A DNA stretch of 64,000 nt from Bacteroidota bacterium. Lineage in GTDB: Bacteria; Bacteroidota; Bacteroidia; Bacteroidales; F082. Below the pieces are notes generated by a model that made no database searches, had not been told where the DNA came from, and saw only the letters and a program-made list of their open reading frames with translations. Within the stretch, counting starts at the first letter, position 1; each line of letters starts with the position of its first letter. Where the stretch lies: assembly GCA_018336075.1 (NCBI GenBank), contig JAGXRB010000261.1, positions 221 to 64,220 of the forward strand, in the 5' to 3' direction. Position numbers and translations under genes: made by a program. Positions 20,538-31,246 of the stretch are shown in pieces.

Positions 20538-22565
20538 ATGAGAACGAAACTATTGCCAATTGTAAAAAATGACTCATGGCTCGAGCCTGTTAGCGAAGCT
20601 GTTAATGAACGTTATGATCGTTTTATTTCAAGACTGGAACATATCAACTCCTTTTATGGAAGCTTAAATGCTTTTTCTACAGCCGACAATCTTTTTGGGT
20701 TCAATTATGATAAAAGCCGAAAAGGATGGTGGTACAGAGAGTGGGCTCCGGCAGCTTCTGCACTTTTCCTGATGGGGGATTTTAATGGTTGGGATAGAAC
20801 AGCAAATCCTTTGACCAACAATGGCCGTGGTATCTGGGAAACTTTTCTTGATGATAAGACTTATAAGAAAACATTTGTTCACAAGAGCTTATTTAAAGTA
20901 ATCGTTCATAGTCAGTTAGGTGAAACGGAGCGCATTCCGGTTTATGTAAAGCGTGTCGTTCAGGATGATAAAACCAAGGATTTCAGCGGGCAACACTGGA
21001 ATCCGTCAAAACCTTATGTGTTTAAGCACTCTTCCCCAAAACTATACAGAATGGAGCCATTGCTGATTTATGAATCGCATGTGGGTATGGCGCAGGAAAA
21101 GGCGGGACTAGGCACTTATACGGAATTTCGGGATACTATTTTGCCGGAAATTGTTAAAGCAGGCTACAATGCAGTTCAGCTTATGGCGATTGCTGAACAC
21201 CCATATTATGGATCATTTGGATATCATGTTTCAAACTTTTTTGCTCCAAGTTCACGATTTGGCACCCCTGAAGAGCTTAAGTCTTTAATTGATGAAGCGC
21301 ATCGACTCGGTCTTCTTGTGATAATGGATATAGTTCACTCGCATACGGTAAAAAATGTTCGGGAAGGTTTAAATTTGTTTGATGGAACCGACCACCAATA
21401 TACACATTCAGGCCCACGTGGTGATCACCCTTTATGGGATTCAAAACTTTTCAACTACGCTAAGGATGAGGTGCTTCAGCTTTTACTGTCAAACCTGAGA
21501 TACTGGATGGATAACTTTAATTTCGATGGTTTTCGTTTTGATGGGGTGACTTCAATGATGTACCATCATCATGGTAATGGAGTAGATTTTGACAGCCCCG
21601 AAAAGTTTTTTACTGATGGTGTCGATTATGATGCGGTGACCTATCTTCAGCTGGCAAATGAGTTGATACATTCGATAAACCCACGTGCTATCAGCATCGC
21701 CGAAGAAGTAAGCGGTATGCCAGGTTTATGCAATCCAATTGTAGATGGCGGCATCGGGTTTGATTACCGGCTTGGAATGGGTTTGCCTGATTTCTGGGTT
21801 AAACTTTTAAAAGATCAAACCGATGAGGAATGGAGCATCGATGAAATGTTTCATGTTATGACCAACCGCATGTTTGACATTAAAACCATCGCTTATGCTG
21901 AGTCGCATGATCAGGCACTTGTAGGTGACAAAACAATTGCCTTCAGGCTTATGGATAAGGATATGTATGATTCTATGGCAAAAAAATATGAAAGCCTTGT
22001 AATTGACCGCGGAATTGCACTTCATAAAATGATAAGATTGTTTACGATATCACTTGGAGGTGAGGCATGGCTCAACTTTATGGGAAACGAATTCGGACAT
22101 CCTGAATGGATCGATTTCCCCAGAGAAGGCAATGGCTGGAGTTATCAATATGCCCGCAGACAGTGGTCGCTTGCTAAAAAAGACTTTTTGAAGTATCATT
22201 GGTTGTCTGACTTTGATAAAGCCATGCTTCAATTTGTGAAGGAAAATCATGTAATGTCAGCTGCTCCTCCATGGAAATTATTTATCGATAATGAAAACAA
22301 AACCATAGTTTTTGAACGAAACAGATTGATTTTTGTTTTTAACTGGCATGCGACAAATGCATTGCCCGACTATGAAATTCCACTAAAAGAAACAGGTGAC
22401 TATAAAGTTATTATGTCAACTGACGACATTGATTTTGGCGGCTTTGACAGATTCAATAAAAAGCAGCATTATCCATCTTATTTAAATGAAGATGGAAAAG
22501 CATACATGAAAATTTACAATGTAAACAGGGCTGCTATTGTTCTGAAAAGGGTAGAGGATATTTGA
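20538..22565 (+). CDS. glgB: 1,4-alpha-glucan branching enzyme (GH13, eukaryote-like type)
   Basis: 675 aa with an N-terminal CBM48-like region (YREWAP), DIVHSH, FDGFRFDGVTSM, AEEVSG and YAESHDQ. Confidence 0.85.
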   Translation: MRTKLLPIVKNDSWLEPVSEAVNERYDRFISRLEHINSFYGSLNAFSTADNLFGFNYDKSRKGWWYREWAPAASALFLMGDFNGWDRTANPLTNNGRGIWETFLDDKTYKKTFVHKSLFKVIVHSQLGETERIPVYVKRVVQDDKTKDFSGQHWNPSKPYVFKHSSPKLYRMEPLLIYESHVGMAQEKAGLGTYTEFRDTILPEIVKAGYNAVQLMAIAEHPYYGSFGYHVSNFFAPSSRFGTPEELKSLIDEAHRLGLLVIMDIVHSHTVKNVREGLNLFDGTDHQYTHSGPRGDHPLWDSKLFNYAKDEVLQLLLSNLRYWMDNFNFDGFRFDGVTSMMYHHHGNGVDFDSPEKFFTDGVDYDAVTYLQLANELIHSINPRAISIAEEVSGMPGLCNPIVDGGIGFDYRLGMGLPDFWVKLLKDQTDEEWSIDEMFHVMTNRMFDIKTIAYAESHDQALVGDKTIAFRLMDKDMYDSMAKKYESLVIDRGIALHKMIRLFTISLGGEAWLNFMGNEFGHPEWIDFPREGNGWSYQYARRQWSLAKKDFLKYHWLSDFDKAMLQFVKENHVMSAAPPWKLFIDNENKTIVFERNRLIFVFNWHATNALPDYEIPLKETGDYKVIMSTDDIDFGGFDRFNKKQHYPSYLNEDGKAYMKIYNVNRAAIVLKRVEDI

Positions 22566-22740
22566 TTTTTTAAATATATTTGAATTAAATTCTTTCTTGT
22601 AAACACGGAAATTAAAAAAATGAATTTATCTCTTATCAGCTTTTGGTTTTTCATTTGATTAGGATTCAGTAAATTCATTGAATCACCGAAAAAACTACCT
22701 TTTTTAAGAGAAGGAAAATGATTTATTAAAACAATGTATT

Positions 22741-23778
22741 ATGAAAGCTTTAAAATTTATAGGTGTTTTATTTTTATTGTTGCTTGTTGTATTGCTTACC
22801 TTGCCTCTAATAATGCCCAACCATGCTGAAACTAGCAGCAGTATTTTTGTACAGACCAATGCACAGACTGTTTTTAGGCAAGTTAATAATCTTAAGAATT
22901 GGAGCAACTGGAGCCCTTTTGTGTTTGACAATCCATCCATGAAATCAGTATATAGTGGCCCTGAAGTTGGCGTTGGAAGCAGTCATAGCTGGAAAAGTGA
23001 GGATATGGGTGATGGAAGCATGACAATTCTGGCAAACAAGCCATATGAAAATATTCAGATTCTTTTGGATATGAAAGAAGGAGGGTTGGCTATAGACGAA
23101 TGGAGTTTTGAAGAAAAGGAAGGAGGGGTCGAAGTTACCTGGACTCTTAAGTTGTCTGACCTTAAGTATCCTTTTCACCGTTATTTTGGGTTTTTCATTG
23201 AAAGTATGATGAAACCCATGCAGGAAAAGGGTTTGGAAAAACTAAAAGAAATTTCTGAAGTCGCCCCTCAATCAATTTCAATTGAACTGATCGAACTTCA
23301 GGCTGAAGCTTCTATTACTGTTTTGGATTCAGCGATGATAAAAGATCTTAAGACGATTTCGGAAAATAATTATGCTGAACTCCAGCTTTTTATAAAAAGG
23401 GCACGCGTTCAGCCAACTGGCCCTGCCTTTGCCATGTATTATAACTGGGATGTTGATAAACCAGTTTTGATGCGCGTTGGCTTTCCAATATCTGAAGAAG
23501 TAAAAGAAAGTGGAAGGGTAGTTTTTTTTACGAGACCTGGTGGAAAGGCATTAAAAGGTGTTTATGTGGGACCTTATGAAGCTTCTGCAATTGCGCATTA
23601 CGACATCGATGCCCATATGCTGGATTTTGGATATGTCCAGTCAAAAAAGCCAATCTGGGAAGAATATATTGTTGGGCCTCTGGATGAAGCAGATCCGAAT
23701 AAATGGGTGACACATATTTTTTACTATCTCGATGAAGTTACAGAAGAAGAAGCTCCAGAAGAAGACGAAAATCAATAA
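22741..23778 (+). CDS. Membrane-anchored SRPBCC-domain plus GyrI-like (effector-binding) domain protein
   Basis: 345 aa with an N-terminal TM segment, a START/polyketide-cyclase-like segment, then a GyrI-like C-terminal half. The tail is acidic. The family call comes from pattern recall only. Confidence 0.45.
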   Translation: MKALKFIGVLFLLLLVVLLTLPLIMPNHAETSSSIFVQTNAQTVFRQVNNLKNWSNWSPFVFDNPSMKSVYSGPEVGVGSSHSWKSEDMGDGSMTILANKPYENIQILLDMKEGGLAIDEWSFEEKEGGVEVTWTLKLSDLKYPFHRYFGFFIESMMKPMQEKGLEKLKEISEVAPQSISIELIELQAEASITVLDSAMIKDLKTISENNYAELQLFIKRARVQPTGPAFAMYYNWDVDKPVLMRVGFPISEEVKESGRVVFFTRPGGKALKGVYVGPYEASAIAHYDIDAHMLDFGYVQSKKPIWEEYIVGPLDEADPNKWVTHIFYYLDEVTEEEAPEEDENQ

Positions 23779-23817
23779 AAGTATTGTGAAAGTTTGTGCG
23801 ATTTATTTGTAGCGGGT

Positions 23818-24534
23818 TCATTTTGCTTTGTGCAATCCGCATTCTTTTTGCTCTGGAAGCTCCCACCACCAGCGACCTGCTCTTAAATCCTCTCCTGACG
23901 AAACTGCCCGTGTACATGGCTGACAACCAATACTTGGAAAGCCATTATCGTGCAAAATGTTGTAAGGTATACTATTCTGTTTGATGTAATTCTTAACATC
24001 CTCCTCACTCCAACGAATGAGCGGGTTTATTTTTATCAATTGATTTACATCATCCCATTCTGCAATCTGCATATTTAATCGTGTAACAGATTGTGAATTA
24101 CGCAAGCCGGTTACCCAGGCATCCAAGCCCTGAAGCGCACGTTTAAGAGGTTCAGTTTTTCTGATTCCACAGCATCGTTTTCTGTTTTCAATACTATTGA
24201 AAAAAAGATTGATTCCTTCAGTATTTACCATCTCTTCAACTGCTGTAGCCTCTGGAAAGAAAATTTTCATTTTCATTTTGTACCGGGCATTGGTCTTGTC
24301 AATCAGGTCATAGGTTTCAGGAAATAAACGACCTGTATCTAGCGTAAAAACAGCCATTTCCGGGCAGTTTTGGGCTATCATGTGTGTAATAATCTGATCT
24401 TCCAGACCAAGACTGCTTGCAAAAGCAATCTTTGAATTGAATTCTTTGAAAGTGTATTTGAGGATTTCTTCTGCACTTAAATCAGTAAGTAAATCATTCA
24501 GTTTATTAGTAAGATCTTTCGACATAAATTTCAT
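23818..24534 (-). CDS. cysH: Phosphoadenosine phosphosulfate (PAPS) reductase
   Basis: Carries the conserved C-terminal ECGLH motif and a PP-loop-like N-terminal half. The track start at 24549 is a TTG inside the -7 box, so I prefer the ATG at 24534 (or 24525). Confidence 0.88.
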   Translation of the reverse strand: MKFMSKDLTNKLNDLLTDLSAEEILKYTFKEFNSKIAFASSLGLEDQIITHMIAQNCPEMAVFTLDTGRLFPETYDLIDKTNARYKMKMKIFFPEATAVEEMVNTEGINLFFNSIENRKRCCGIRKTEPLKRALQGLDAWVTGLRNSQSVTRLNMQIAEWDDVNQLIKINPLIRWSEEDVKNYIKQNSIPYNILHDNGFPSIGCQPCTRAVSSGEDLRAGRWWWELPEQKECGLHKAK

Positions 24535-24546
24535 TATTATTCGATG

Positions 24547-24554
24547 CAAAGATA
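24547..24554 (-). promoter_or_regulatory. -7 box TATCTTTG for cysH
   Basis: The plus strand reads CAAAGATA. This promoter is divergent from the mpl promoter in the same short intergenic region. Confidence 0.45.
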
Positions 24555-24614
24555 GTAAATGTGACCAATTGTTTTTGGTTGCAAGGATTGGTTTGCCGAT
24601 TGCATTTATCGCAC

Positions 24615-24622
24615 TATCTTTG
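24615..24622 (+). promoter_or_regulatory. -7 box TATCTTTG for the Mur-ligase gene
   Basis: TAnnTTTG match 16 nt upstream of the ATG at 24638. It supports the shorter start. Confidence 0.5.
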
Positions 24623-24637
24623 CTGAAAATCCAGATA

Positions 24638-25999
24638 ATGAAAGTTCATTTTATCGCAATTGGTGGAAGCGCAATGCATAACCTGGCCATTGCCTTGCAC
24701 CAAAAGGGCTATCAGGTCACTGGCTCAGATGACGAAATTTTTGAGCCTTCCTTTACACGTCTGAGGCAAAGAAATCTCCTTCCTGACAGTTTCGGCTGGT
24801 TTCCTGAAAAAATTTCGAATGATTTGGATGCTGTCATTTTGGGAATGCATGCCAGAGCTGACAACCCGGAGCTCATTGAAGCACAGAAAAAGAAGATAAA
24901 AATCTATTCTTATCCTGAGTTTCTTTATGAGCAATCGAAATTTAAAAAACGCATTGTAATTGGTGGAAGCCATGGAAAGACAACCATAACTTCGATGATT
25001 CTGCATGTAATGAAGCAGGCAGGAATAGATGTTGATTTTATGGTAGGTGCTCAGCTTGAAGGTTTTGAAGTGATGGTTAAGCTTTCAGAAACAACAGAAT
25101 GGATGATTATGGAAGGGGATGAGTACCTTACCTCACCCATTGATCGTGTTCCGAAGTTTTTGCATTATCATCCTCATATTGCTGTCATCAGCGGAATCGG
25201 ATGGGATCACATCAATGTTTTTCCAACTTTTGAAAATTATCTCGATCAGTTTCGTTTGTTTATTACAAGTATAGAAGAGGGTGGCTGCCTGATTTATTTT
25301 CAAGAGGATATAGAGGTAGTTGCGCTTGCAAATGAATCATCAATAAGAAAGATGCCATACATTGCACACCCTTTTGTTACCTCCGGAGGGCAAACAACTA
25401 TTACTTCATCAACAAATCTTAAATATGGTTTGAAGATTTTTGGCTCTCATAACATGGCCAACCTGAATGCTGCAAGGCTCGTTTGCAAAGAAATGGGTGT
25501 GAGCGAAGATGTTTTTTATCATGCGATATCCTCATTCTATGGAGCATCACGTCGATTGGAAACTATTGCATATAACAGCCAATCAATATTATACAGAGAT
25601 TTTGCACATGCCCCTTCAAAAGTAAAAGCGAGTACCGCAGCCCTGAGACTTCAGCATCCTGATGCCAAACTTATCGTTTGCCTTGAATTGCATACGTATA
25701 GTAGTCTGAACGAGATATTTATAGATCAGTATAAAAATGCACTCGATGAAGCGGATATTGTAGTTGTTTTTTATGATCCGCATGCTGTTGCTCTCAAACG
25801 TTTACCCCAAATGACTTTTGAGCGAATCTCAAGGGCTTTTTCACGTGAAGATTTGCTTGTTTTTGACAACAAGGAAAGGCTTAAAGATTTTCTGATTAAA
25901 GAAGCACATGGCAATTTTGCACTTGCATTAATGAGTTCAGGCAGCTTCGATGGATTGGATACAAATCAGCTGGCAATCGAAACAGGCCTTGTTAAATAA
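24638..25999 (+). CDS. mpl: Mur ligase family protein, Mpl-like (UDP-N-acetylmuramate:L-Ala-D-Glu-mDAP ligase)
   Basis: Starts MKVHFIAIGGSAMHNLAIALHQKGYQVTGSD, with a GSHGKTTITSM P-loop. The 67 aa upstream in the track ORF overlap cysH and the promoter and are not credible. Confidence 0.8.
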   Translation: MKVHFIAIGGSAMHNLAIALHQKGYQVTGSDDEIFEPSFTRLRQRNLLPDSFGWFPEKISNDLDAVILGMHARADNPELIEAQKKKIKIYSYPEFLYEQSKFKKRIVIGGSHGKTTITSMILHVMKQAGIDVDFMVGAQLEGFEVMVKLSETTEWMIMEGDEYLTSPIDRVPKFLHYHPHIAVISGIGWDHINVFPTFENYLDQFRLFITSIEEGGCLIYFQEDIEVVALANESSIRKMPYIAHPFVTSGGQTTITSSTNLKYGLKIFGSHNMANLNAARLVCKEMGVSEDVFYHAISSFYGASRRLETIAYNSQSILYRDFAHAPSKVKASTAALRLQHPDAKLIVCLELHTYSSLNEIFIDQYKNALDEADIVVVFYDPHAVALKRLPQMTFERISRAFSREDLLVFDNKERLKDFLIKEAHGNFALALMSSGSFDGLDTNQLAIETGLVK

Positions 26000-26057
26000 A
26001 AAAAATGCCGAAAGTAAAACATTACCTCCGGCATCTAACTTTTTTATTTAAAGCTTT

Positions 26058-28154
26058 TTAGCCATTCATAGATATCAGAAACTCCTGATTTGTCAAGGTG
26101 TATCTCATTTTATCTTTAAGGAATTCCATGGCTTCAATCGGAGTCATGTCAGCAAGGTGATTTCTCAAAATCCAAACGCGCTGCATGGTTTCTTTGTCTA
26201 ACAATAAGTCTTCACGGCGTGTGCTGGAAGCAACGATATCTATAGCAGGCCAGATGCGTTTATTTGACAAGCGTCTGTCGAGCTGTAGTTCCATATTGCC
26301 AGTACCTTTAAATTCTTCAAAGATAACTTCGTCCATTTTTGAGCCTGTATCGATGAGTGCAGTTGCAATAATGGTTAGTGATCCACCATTTTCTATTTTG
26401 CGTGCTGCTCCAAAAAATCTTTTTGGTTTTTGAAGGGCATTTGCTTCCACACCACCCGAAAGTACTTTTCCAGAAGCTGGAGACACTGTGTTGTAAGCTC
26501 TTGCAAGACGTGTAATTGAGTCAAGTAAAATTACCACATCGTGTCCGCATTCGGTAAGACGTTTGGCTTTTTCAAGAACGATATTTGCAATTTTCACATG
26601 TTTGTCGGCAGGCTCATCAAAAGTTGATGATATAACTTCTGCTCTGACACTTCTTGCCATATCGGTCACCTCTTCAGGACGTTCATCTATAAGCAAAACT
26701 ATCAGGTAAACTTCCGGATGATTTTTCGCAATAGCGTTGGCAACTTCTTTTAAGAGAACTGTTTTACCAGTTTTTGGTTGTGCCACAATTAATCCACGCT
26801 GACCTTTGCCAATAGGAGCAAAAAGATCCATAATGCGCGTTGACATTGTGTTTTCAGCATGTCCCGTGATATTGAATTTTTCTTCAGGAAATAGTGGAGT
26901 CAGAAAGTCAAATGGAATACGGTCCCTTACTTCTTCAGGTAATCTGCCGTTAATTAAATCCACTTTTATCAAAGGAAAGTATTTTTCACCTTCTCTTGGT
27001 GGTCTGATGGTGCCTTTGATAGTATCACCGGTTTTGAGACCAAATAACTTTATCTGCGATTGAGATACATAAATATCGTCAGGTGAGTTCAAATAATTAT
27101 AGTCAGAAGACCTCAGGAAGCCATATCCATCGGGCATGATTTCCAAAACACCTTCTGCATTTACAATGCCATCGAATTCAAATGTGTATTCTTCTCTTTT
27201 TGATTTTTGAGCAAATTCTCTATGAGGTTGTTCCCGCCTCTGAGGCTGATGTTGAGGCTGGTCTGCTTGTTTTTCTATAACAGCTTCACCTTCAGACGGT
27301 TTTTGTGCGTCGGAATTAAATCTATCCTCATTTTGTTTTACATCTTCTTTCTGATGAGGATTTCTTGTATTTTGTGGGAGGTTACCTTTTTGTGGCTGTC
27401 CGGAATTTTTTTGAGAATCATTCTCTCTTACAGGCTGACTTTCTTTTGAGTCAGATTGATTTTCCCTTTGACCCTGATTAAAACTCTGTTTTGGTAAATC
27501 TCTTCTGTTTTGGTCTTTTCTTGTCTCATCCCTGCGTGGATCTTCTCTTCTAGTCTCATCCCTGCGCGGCTCTTCTCTTCTGACATCTTCTCTTTTGACT
27601 TCAACCCTGCGTGGATCTTCCCTTCTGATATCTTCTCTTTTAGCCTCATCTCTGCGTGGCTCTTCTCTTCTTGTTTCCTCTCTTCGTTGCTCGTTTCGTT
27701 GAGGAAAATTGCTTTTTGTTTCTCCCTGACGTATTTCAGTTTTGGGTTGTTTGTCTGAATTTAACGAAGAAATGCTTTCATCTTCCAAAAGGGTCAATTT
27801 TAATGTTACAGCCTCTTTTTCTTTTGGTTTTTCGATTTCACTTTCTTGCTTCTTTTGTACTGGCGGCACTTTTAGAGCTTCAGGAAGGGGTCTTTTTTCT
27901 TCATTCTTGTCGGCAGGATTGCCGGAACGTCTGTTTTCAGGAGTTTTTTTGATTCTGGCGCGCTTATTTTGTCTGGCAATTTCTTGTTCTGCTGCTGTCG
28001 CCTCTTCCGATTGAGGCAATAATGCCTGCTGGTCAAGAATCTGATAAATTAAATCCTGTTTTAGAAGTTTTTCCACCTTGGGAACGTTCAGTTCCTTTGC
28101 AATTTCCCTTAGCTCACTTACAAGCTTACTATTAAGCTCAACAATATCATACAT
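26058..28154 (-). CDS. rho: Transcription termination factor Rho with a large N-terminal insertion domain
   Basis: 698 aa. The N-terminus has a Rho_N helix bundle and the C-terminal ~370 aa are canonical (CSD-like RNA-binding domain, Walker A PKTGKT, RecA fold). About 275 aa of R/E/D/Q/K-rich low-complexity sequence sits between them. Confidence 0.95.
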   Translation of the reverse strand: MYDIVELNSKLVSELREIAKELNVPKVEKLLKQDLIYQILDQQALLPQSEEATAAEQEIARQNKRARIKKTPENRRSGNPADKNEEKRPLPEALKVPPVQKKQESEIEKPKEKEAVTLKLTLLEDESISSLNSDKQPKTEIRQGETKSNFPQRNEQRREETRREEPRRDEAKREDIRREDPRRVEVKREDVRREEPRRDETRREDPRRDETRKDQNRRDLPKQSFNQGQRENQSDSKESQPVRENDSQKNSGQPQKGNLPQNTRNPHQKEDVKQNEDRFNSDAQKPSEGEAVIEKQADQPQHQPQRREQPHREFAQKSKREEYTFEFDGIVNAEGVLEIMPDGYGFLRSSDYNYLNSPDDIYVSQSQIKLFGLKTGDTIKGTIRPPREGEKYFPLIKVDLINGRLPEEVRDRIPFDFLTPLFPEEKFNITGHAENTMSTRIMDLFAPIGKGQRGLIVAQPKTGKTVLLKEVANAIAKNHPEVYLIVLLIDERPEEVTDMARSVRAEVISSTFDEPADKHVKIANIVLEKAKRLTECGHDVVILLDSITRLARAYNTVSPASGKVLSGGVEANALQKPKRFFGAARKIENGGSLTIIATALIDTGSKMDEVIFEEFKGTGNMELQLDRRLSNKRIWPAIDIVASSTRREDLLLDKETMQRVWILRNHLADMTPIEAMEFLKDKMRYTLTNQEFLISMNG

Positions 28155-28277
28155 GCGGTAATAAATTTAATGAATTCGAAATGAAAAAACTGATTTTTAG
28201 AAAGAGCAGTGTATCCTGTCTTTCAATTAGAGAATTACAATAAAAAGTAAATGTGAGATTTCTTTGATTATGCGGAG

Positions 28278-28285
28278 CAAAGATA
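28278..28285 (-). promoter_or_regulatory. -7 box TATCTTTG upstream of rho (about 120-nt leader)
   Basis: The plus strand reads CAAAGATA. Confidence 0.4.
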
Positions 28286-28370
28286 CGTAACATTTGTTAA
28301 ACATAAAACAATAGTGTTCGAAAATAATTTTTTCTGTCATTTTTTTAATCACAACAATTATTGGAACTAT

Positions 28371-28378
28371 TATCTTTG
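28371..28378 (+). promoter_or_regulatory. -7 box TATCTTTG upstream of the DUF4293 gene
   Basis: TAnnTTTG match 30 nt upstream of the ATG at 28408. Confidence 0.45.
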
Positions 28379-28407
28379 CGGCTTCAAGCTTAAATAAAAA
28401 ATTCGTT

Positions 28408-28878
28408 ATGATTCAAAGGATTCAATCTGTTTTTCTGCTATTGACTGCGATTTTTGCTGTTTTTCAGTTTTTCTTTTCTGTTGCCTGGTTTTATGGTGAT
28501 CTCAATACAATCCAGTTTTTCGTTCATCGCATCGTTGATCATGTTCCAATGAATGAACCGCTTTTTACAGCCTATTTTTTGATTCCGATCATTCTTATTG
28601 CCTCATTTTTAGTGCTTTTGCCATTGTTGACAATTTTTAGTTATCGCAATCTCAGTAGACAATTGAAGATGATTAGGGCAATTATTTTGATGACTTTACT
28701 GCAGATTGGTTTGATGTTCTTCTTTTATGTAGATAGAATTTCGCGAATCGTTTCTGCAAGTCCGGAATATGGGTTTGGGGTATTTATTCCGCTTATAATT
28801 TTTGTTTTTGCATACCTTTCTTTAAAGGGAGTGCAGAAAGATATAAAATTGCTGCGCTCAGTCGATAGACTTCGCTAA
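28408..28878 (+). CDS. DUF4293-like small integral membrane protein
   Basis: 156 aa starting MIQRIQSVFLLL, with 4 TM segments. Confidence 0.6.
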   Translation: MIQRIQSVFLLLTAIFAVFQFFFSVAWFYGDLNTIQFFVHRIVDHVPMNEPLFTAYFLIPIILIASFLVLLPLLTIFSYRNLSRQLKMIRAIILMTLLQIGLMFFFYVDRISRIVSASPEYGFGVFIPLIIFVFAYLSLKGVQKDIKLLRSVDRLR

Positions 28879-29376
28879 GATTGTATTTCGATCAATTTCC
28901 ATGATTTCGAGATCATGGATATTGTCGTCAGTGATTTTAAACCTCATGAAGGTAATCTTATGATGAAAGCCTTGAATTCCGGCAGCCCCAGGATTTATAA
29001 ACAGAAGATTCATTGACGGATCAGGGATTACTTTCAAAATATGCGAATGACCTGCAATGAATAGTTTTGGCCTGTGAAGTTGTATAAGCTTTTTTATTCC
29101 ACCTGAGTATCTTCCAGGATAACCCCCTATATGTGTTATCATTACCTTTAAGTCTTCAATTTGAAAATGCAATGTTTCGGGGTGGATACTTCTGATTTTG
29201 TTATCGTCAATATTGCCATGCACAGCCCTGAAAGGTTTAAATGCTGCAAGCTTATCGCAGACTTCAATTGAGCCTATATCGCCGGCATGCCAAATTTCAT
29301 CACAGGGTGTAAAAAAATCAAACACCCGTGGATGAATGTATCCATGGGTGTCTGACAGCAAACCTATTGAAGTCAT
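28858..29376 (-). CDS. Metallophosphoesterase, YfcE/MJ0936 family
   Basis: 172 aa with motifs SDTHG, GDIGS, HGNID and GHSH. Confidence 0.85.
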   Translation of the reverse strand: MTSIGLLSDTHGYIHPRVFDFFTPCDEIWHAGDIGSIEVCDKLAAFKPFRAVHGNIDDNKIRSIHPETLHFQIEDLKVMITHIGGYPGRYSGGIKKLIQLHRPKLFIAGHSHILKVIPDPSMNLLFINPGAAGIQGFHHKITFMRFKITDDNIHDLEIMEIDRNTILAKSID

Positions 29377-29378
29377 TG

Positions 29379-30254
29379 CTAAAAAGTGTAACTCAAACCA
29401 ACACTCAATACTTCCTTAAATTGAGTGCGGGGACCAATTTTGCCATCTTTATCCGTGATCATAATATCATCATCATAAATAAGATGTGCTGCGATGTTCG
29501 CATTTAACCAGCTGTTTACTTTCATTGTAATATTGGCTTGCCAGTCCACATCAATGTTTTGCGGATTCTTGATGTAATCAGAAAAAAGTTCAAGTTTTGA
29601 ACCGAGCAATACATTTTTGGCAATTTCTGCAGCTACTTTAGCTGTTAGTTTAGTTCCAAGCTCAAACCGAAGATTTTCTCCCGGTTCAACACCAAATGCG
29701 CCTGCATCAGCTAGCTTTTGGTCTGCAACAATAGTTATCCTGCCAGTAACGGGTGCAAAAGTCACAGAAAAATGTTTATTTGGTATCCAATCCATACCTG
29801 CTCCAAGTGTTATATATCCTGGAGAAAACAGCCGTGATATTGGTGTGGTTGAATCTGTTTTATAATCAAAACCATCAGTAAATTGGGTTTTAAGCGAAAA
29901 TCCCAGACTATAAAATAACTTTTCAGTAGCCTTTTTACTGTAAAGCGAGTTGAATTCAAACTTATCATCAGTTTTGATTGCTTTGGCTTCACCAATGATA
30001 CTGTATCCAAGGTTCATGTCTAAAATATTATCCCATTTGTAATCATCTTTAGCATAATTGGCAGTATAGCTAAGGAGTCCAAGGGTATTTAATGCACTCT
30101 GACCACCGGCAGCCCAGTTTGATAAATGACTCTGCGAAAAGTTTAAACCTACTTTGCCGCTTCTTTTCCAGTTTGAGGAATCAGCAGTTACTTGTGAAAA
30201 AGCTAGAACTGCATTCGATAAGAAAATCAGAGAAAATAATAATTGTTTTTTCAT
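29379..30254 (-). CDS. DUF3078-like outer-membrane beta-barrel protein
   Basis: 291 aa with a signal peptide, W..SGKVGLNFSQSHLSNWAAGG, and a terminal aromatic residue (..LSYTF). Confidence 0.6.
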   Translation of the reverse strand: MKKQLLFSLIFLSNAVLAFSQVTADSSNWKRSGKVGLNFSQSHLSNWAAGGQSALNTLGLLSYTANYAKDDYKWDNILDMNLGYSIIGEAKAIKTDDKFEFNSLYSKKATEKLFYSLGFSLKTQFTDGFDYKTDSTTPISRLFSPGYITLGAGMDWIPNKHFSVTFAPVTGRITIVADQKLADAGAFGVEPGENLRFELGTKLTAKVAAEIAKNVLLGSKLELFSDYIKNPQNIDVDWQANITMKVNSWLNANIAAHLIYDDDIMITDKDGKIGPRTQFKEVLSVGLSYTF

Positions 30255-30275
30255 ATAATTTATTAAGTTTAGAGT

Positions 30276-31076
30276 TTATAATCCACTTGATTGCCTGTTT
30301 GGTATGGCATGTTGCTGATGATCCGAAATCCGGAATGTTACATTGAAACTATTATGGCTTCTAACGGCGAGTTCTTCAATTTTTCCAGGTTTCCATCTTA
30401 ATGTTTGAAGAATTCTTATGGCTTCGTTGTCGCAACCACCGCCCACACTTTGATCAATACGCAAATTTGAAACTATTCCATCTTCTTCAATCACGAAGTC
30501 AAGTTTCACTGTTCCTTGAATTCCGGCAGCATATGCAGCATCAGGATATTTCAGGCTTTTCTGAATAAAGTGGTTCAAATTTTTGTATTCGTCTTTTAGC
30601 AAAGGCTGGGGTTTTATAAAAAGCTCGGCAAATTTATATATTTTTCCAGAATTATCAAGGTTTTGCTGGTCTGATTCAATTTTGTGGTATCCTCTTGATT
30701 TAACAATCTTATTGTAATGTTTGATGTTAAATTGTATCTCGTAGGTTTGCTCTGATGCTATGGGGTTGCCGTTTTTAATGGCCGGCCTCCATAAAATTTT
30801 TCTTACAAGTCTGATGCATTCCTCATTCATTGCATCGGATTGTGGGTTGATAATTTTGAAGTCAGTTGAATTTCCATCGATATTTACCTTGAATTGCACC
30901 TTCACCTTGCCTTCTTTTTTGTTATCATAATCCTCTTTTGGATACATCATTGCCGCATCAATAAAATCATTTGTAAGCTTTTTTGAGGAAATAGGTTCAG
31001 AAGGTCTGTTTACCTGAGCCACCGAAATTCCCTGAAAGGAAGTAAGTACTATAATGAGTGCCAGAAATGCTTTCAT
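30276..31076 (-). CDS. TonB-family protein with two TonB C-terminal-like domains
   Basis: I prefer the start MKAFLALIIVLTS at 31076; the track ORF extends to 31118. There are two YP..A...G..G.V-type TonB_C modules. Confidence 0.6.
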   Translation of the reverse strand: MKAFLALIIVLTSFQGISVAQVNRPSEPISSKKLTNDFIDAAMMYPKEDYDNKKEGKVKVQFKVNIDGNSTDFKIINPQSDAMNEECIRLVRKILWRPAIKNGNPIASEQTYEIQFNIKHYNKIVKSRGYHKIESDQQNLDNSGKIYKFAELFIKPQPLLKDEYKNLNHFIQKSLKYPDAAYAAGIQGTVKLDFVIEEDGIVSNLRIDQSVGGGCDNEAIRILQTLRWKPGKIEELAVRSHNSFNVTFRISDHQQHAIPNRQSSGL

Positions 31077-31246
31077 AACTCTTGGTTTAATAATTCCCAA
31101 AAGTAAAGATACAATCAATCTGTTACTTTTTATTGAAAAAATTCGATATTACACTCTGGAACTAAATTTTGAGCAACATACCAAAGAAGTACTCTGTCCT
31201 GAAGTTTTAAGCTTATTTTTGGCAAATAATTTTAGCTTTTTTATTT

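Noticed and set aside
24437-24637. The 67-aa N-terminal extension of the Mur-ligase ORF (track start 24437)
   Set aside because: It overlaps cysH on the opposite strand and spans the divergent promoter region. A TATCTTTG box lies 16 nt before the ATG at 24638, and the protein from that ATG begins with the canonical MKVHFIAIGGSAM Mur-ligase N-terminus.
27207-28014. Several plus-strand ORFs (80-98 aa, F/S/L-rich) and a minus-strand 73-aa ORF
   Set aside because: They are antisense or alternative-frame products of the low-complexity R/E/D repeat region of rho. Their composition mirrors the repeat, and no promoter or independent signal is present.
28858-28878. A 21-bp convergent overlap of the DUF4293 gene and the metallophosphoesterase gene
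   Set aside because: Convergent 3' overlaps of this size are common in compact genomes. I found no extra structure or signal there.
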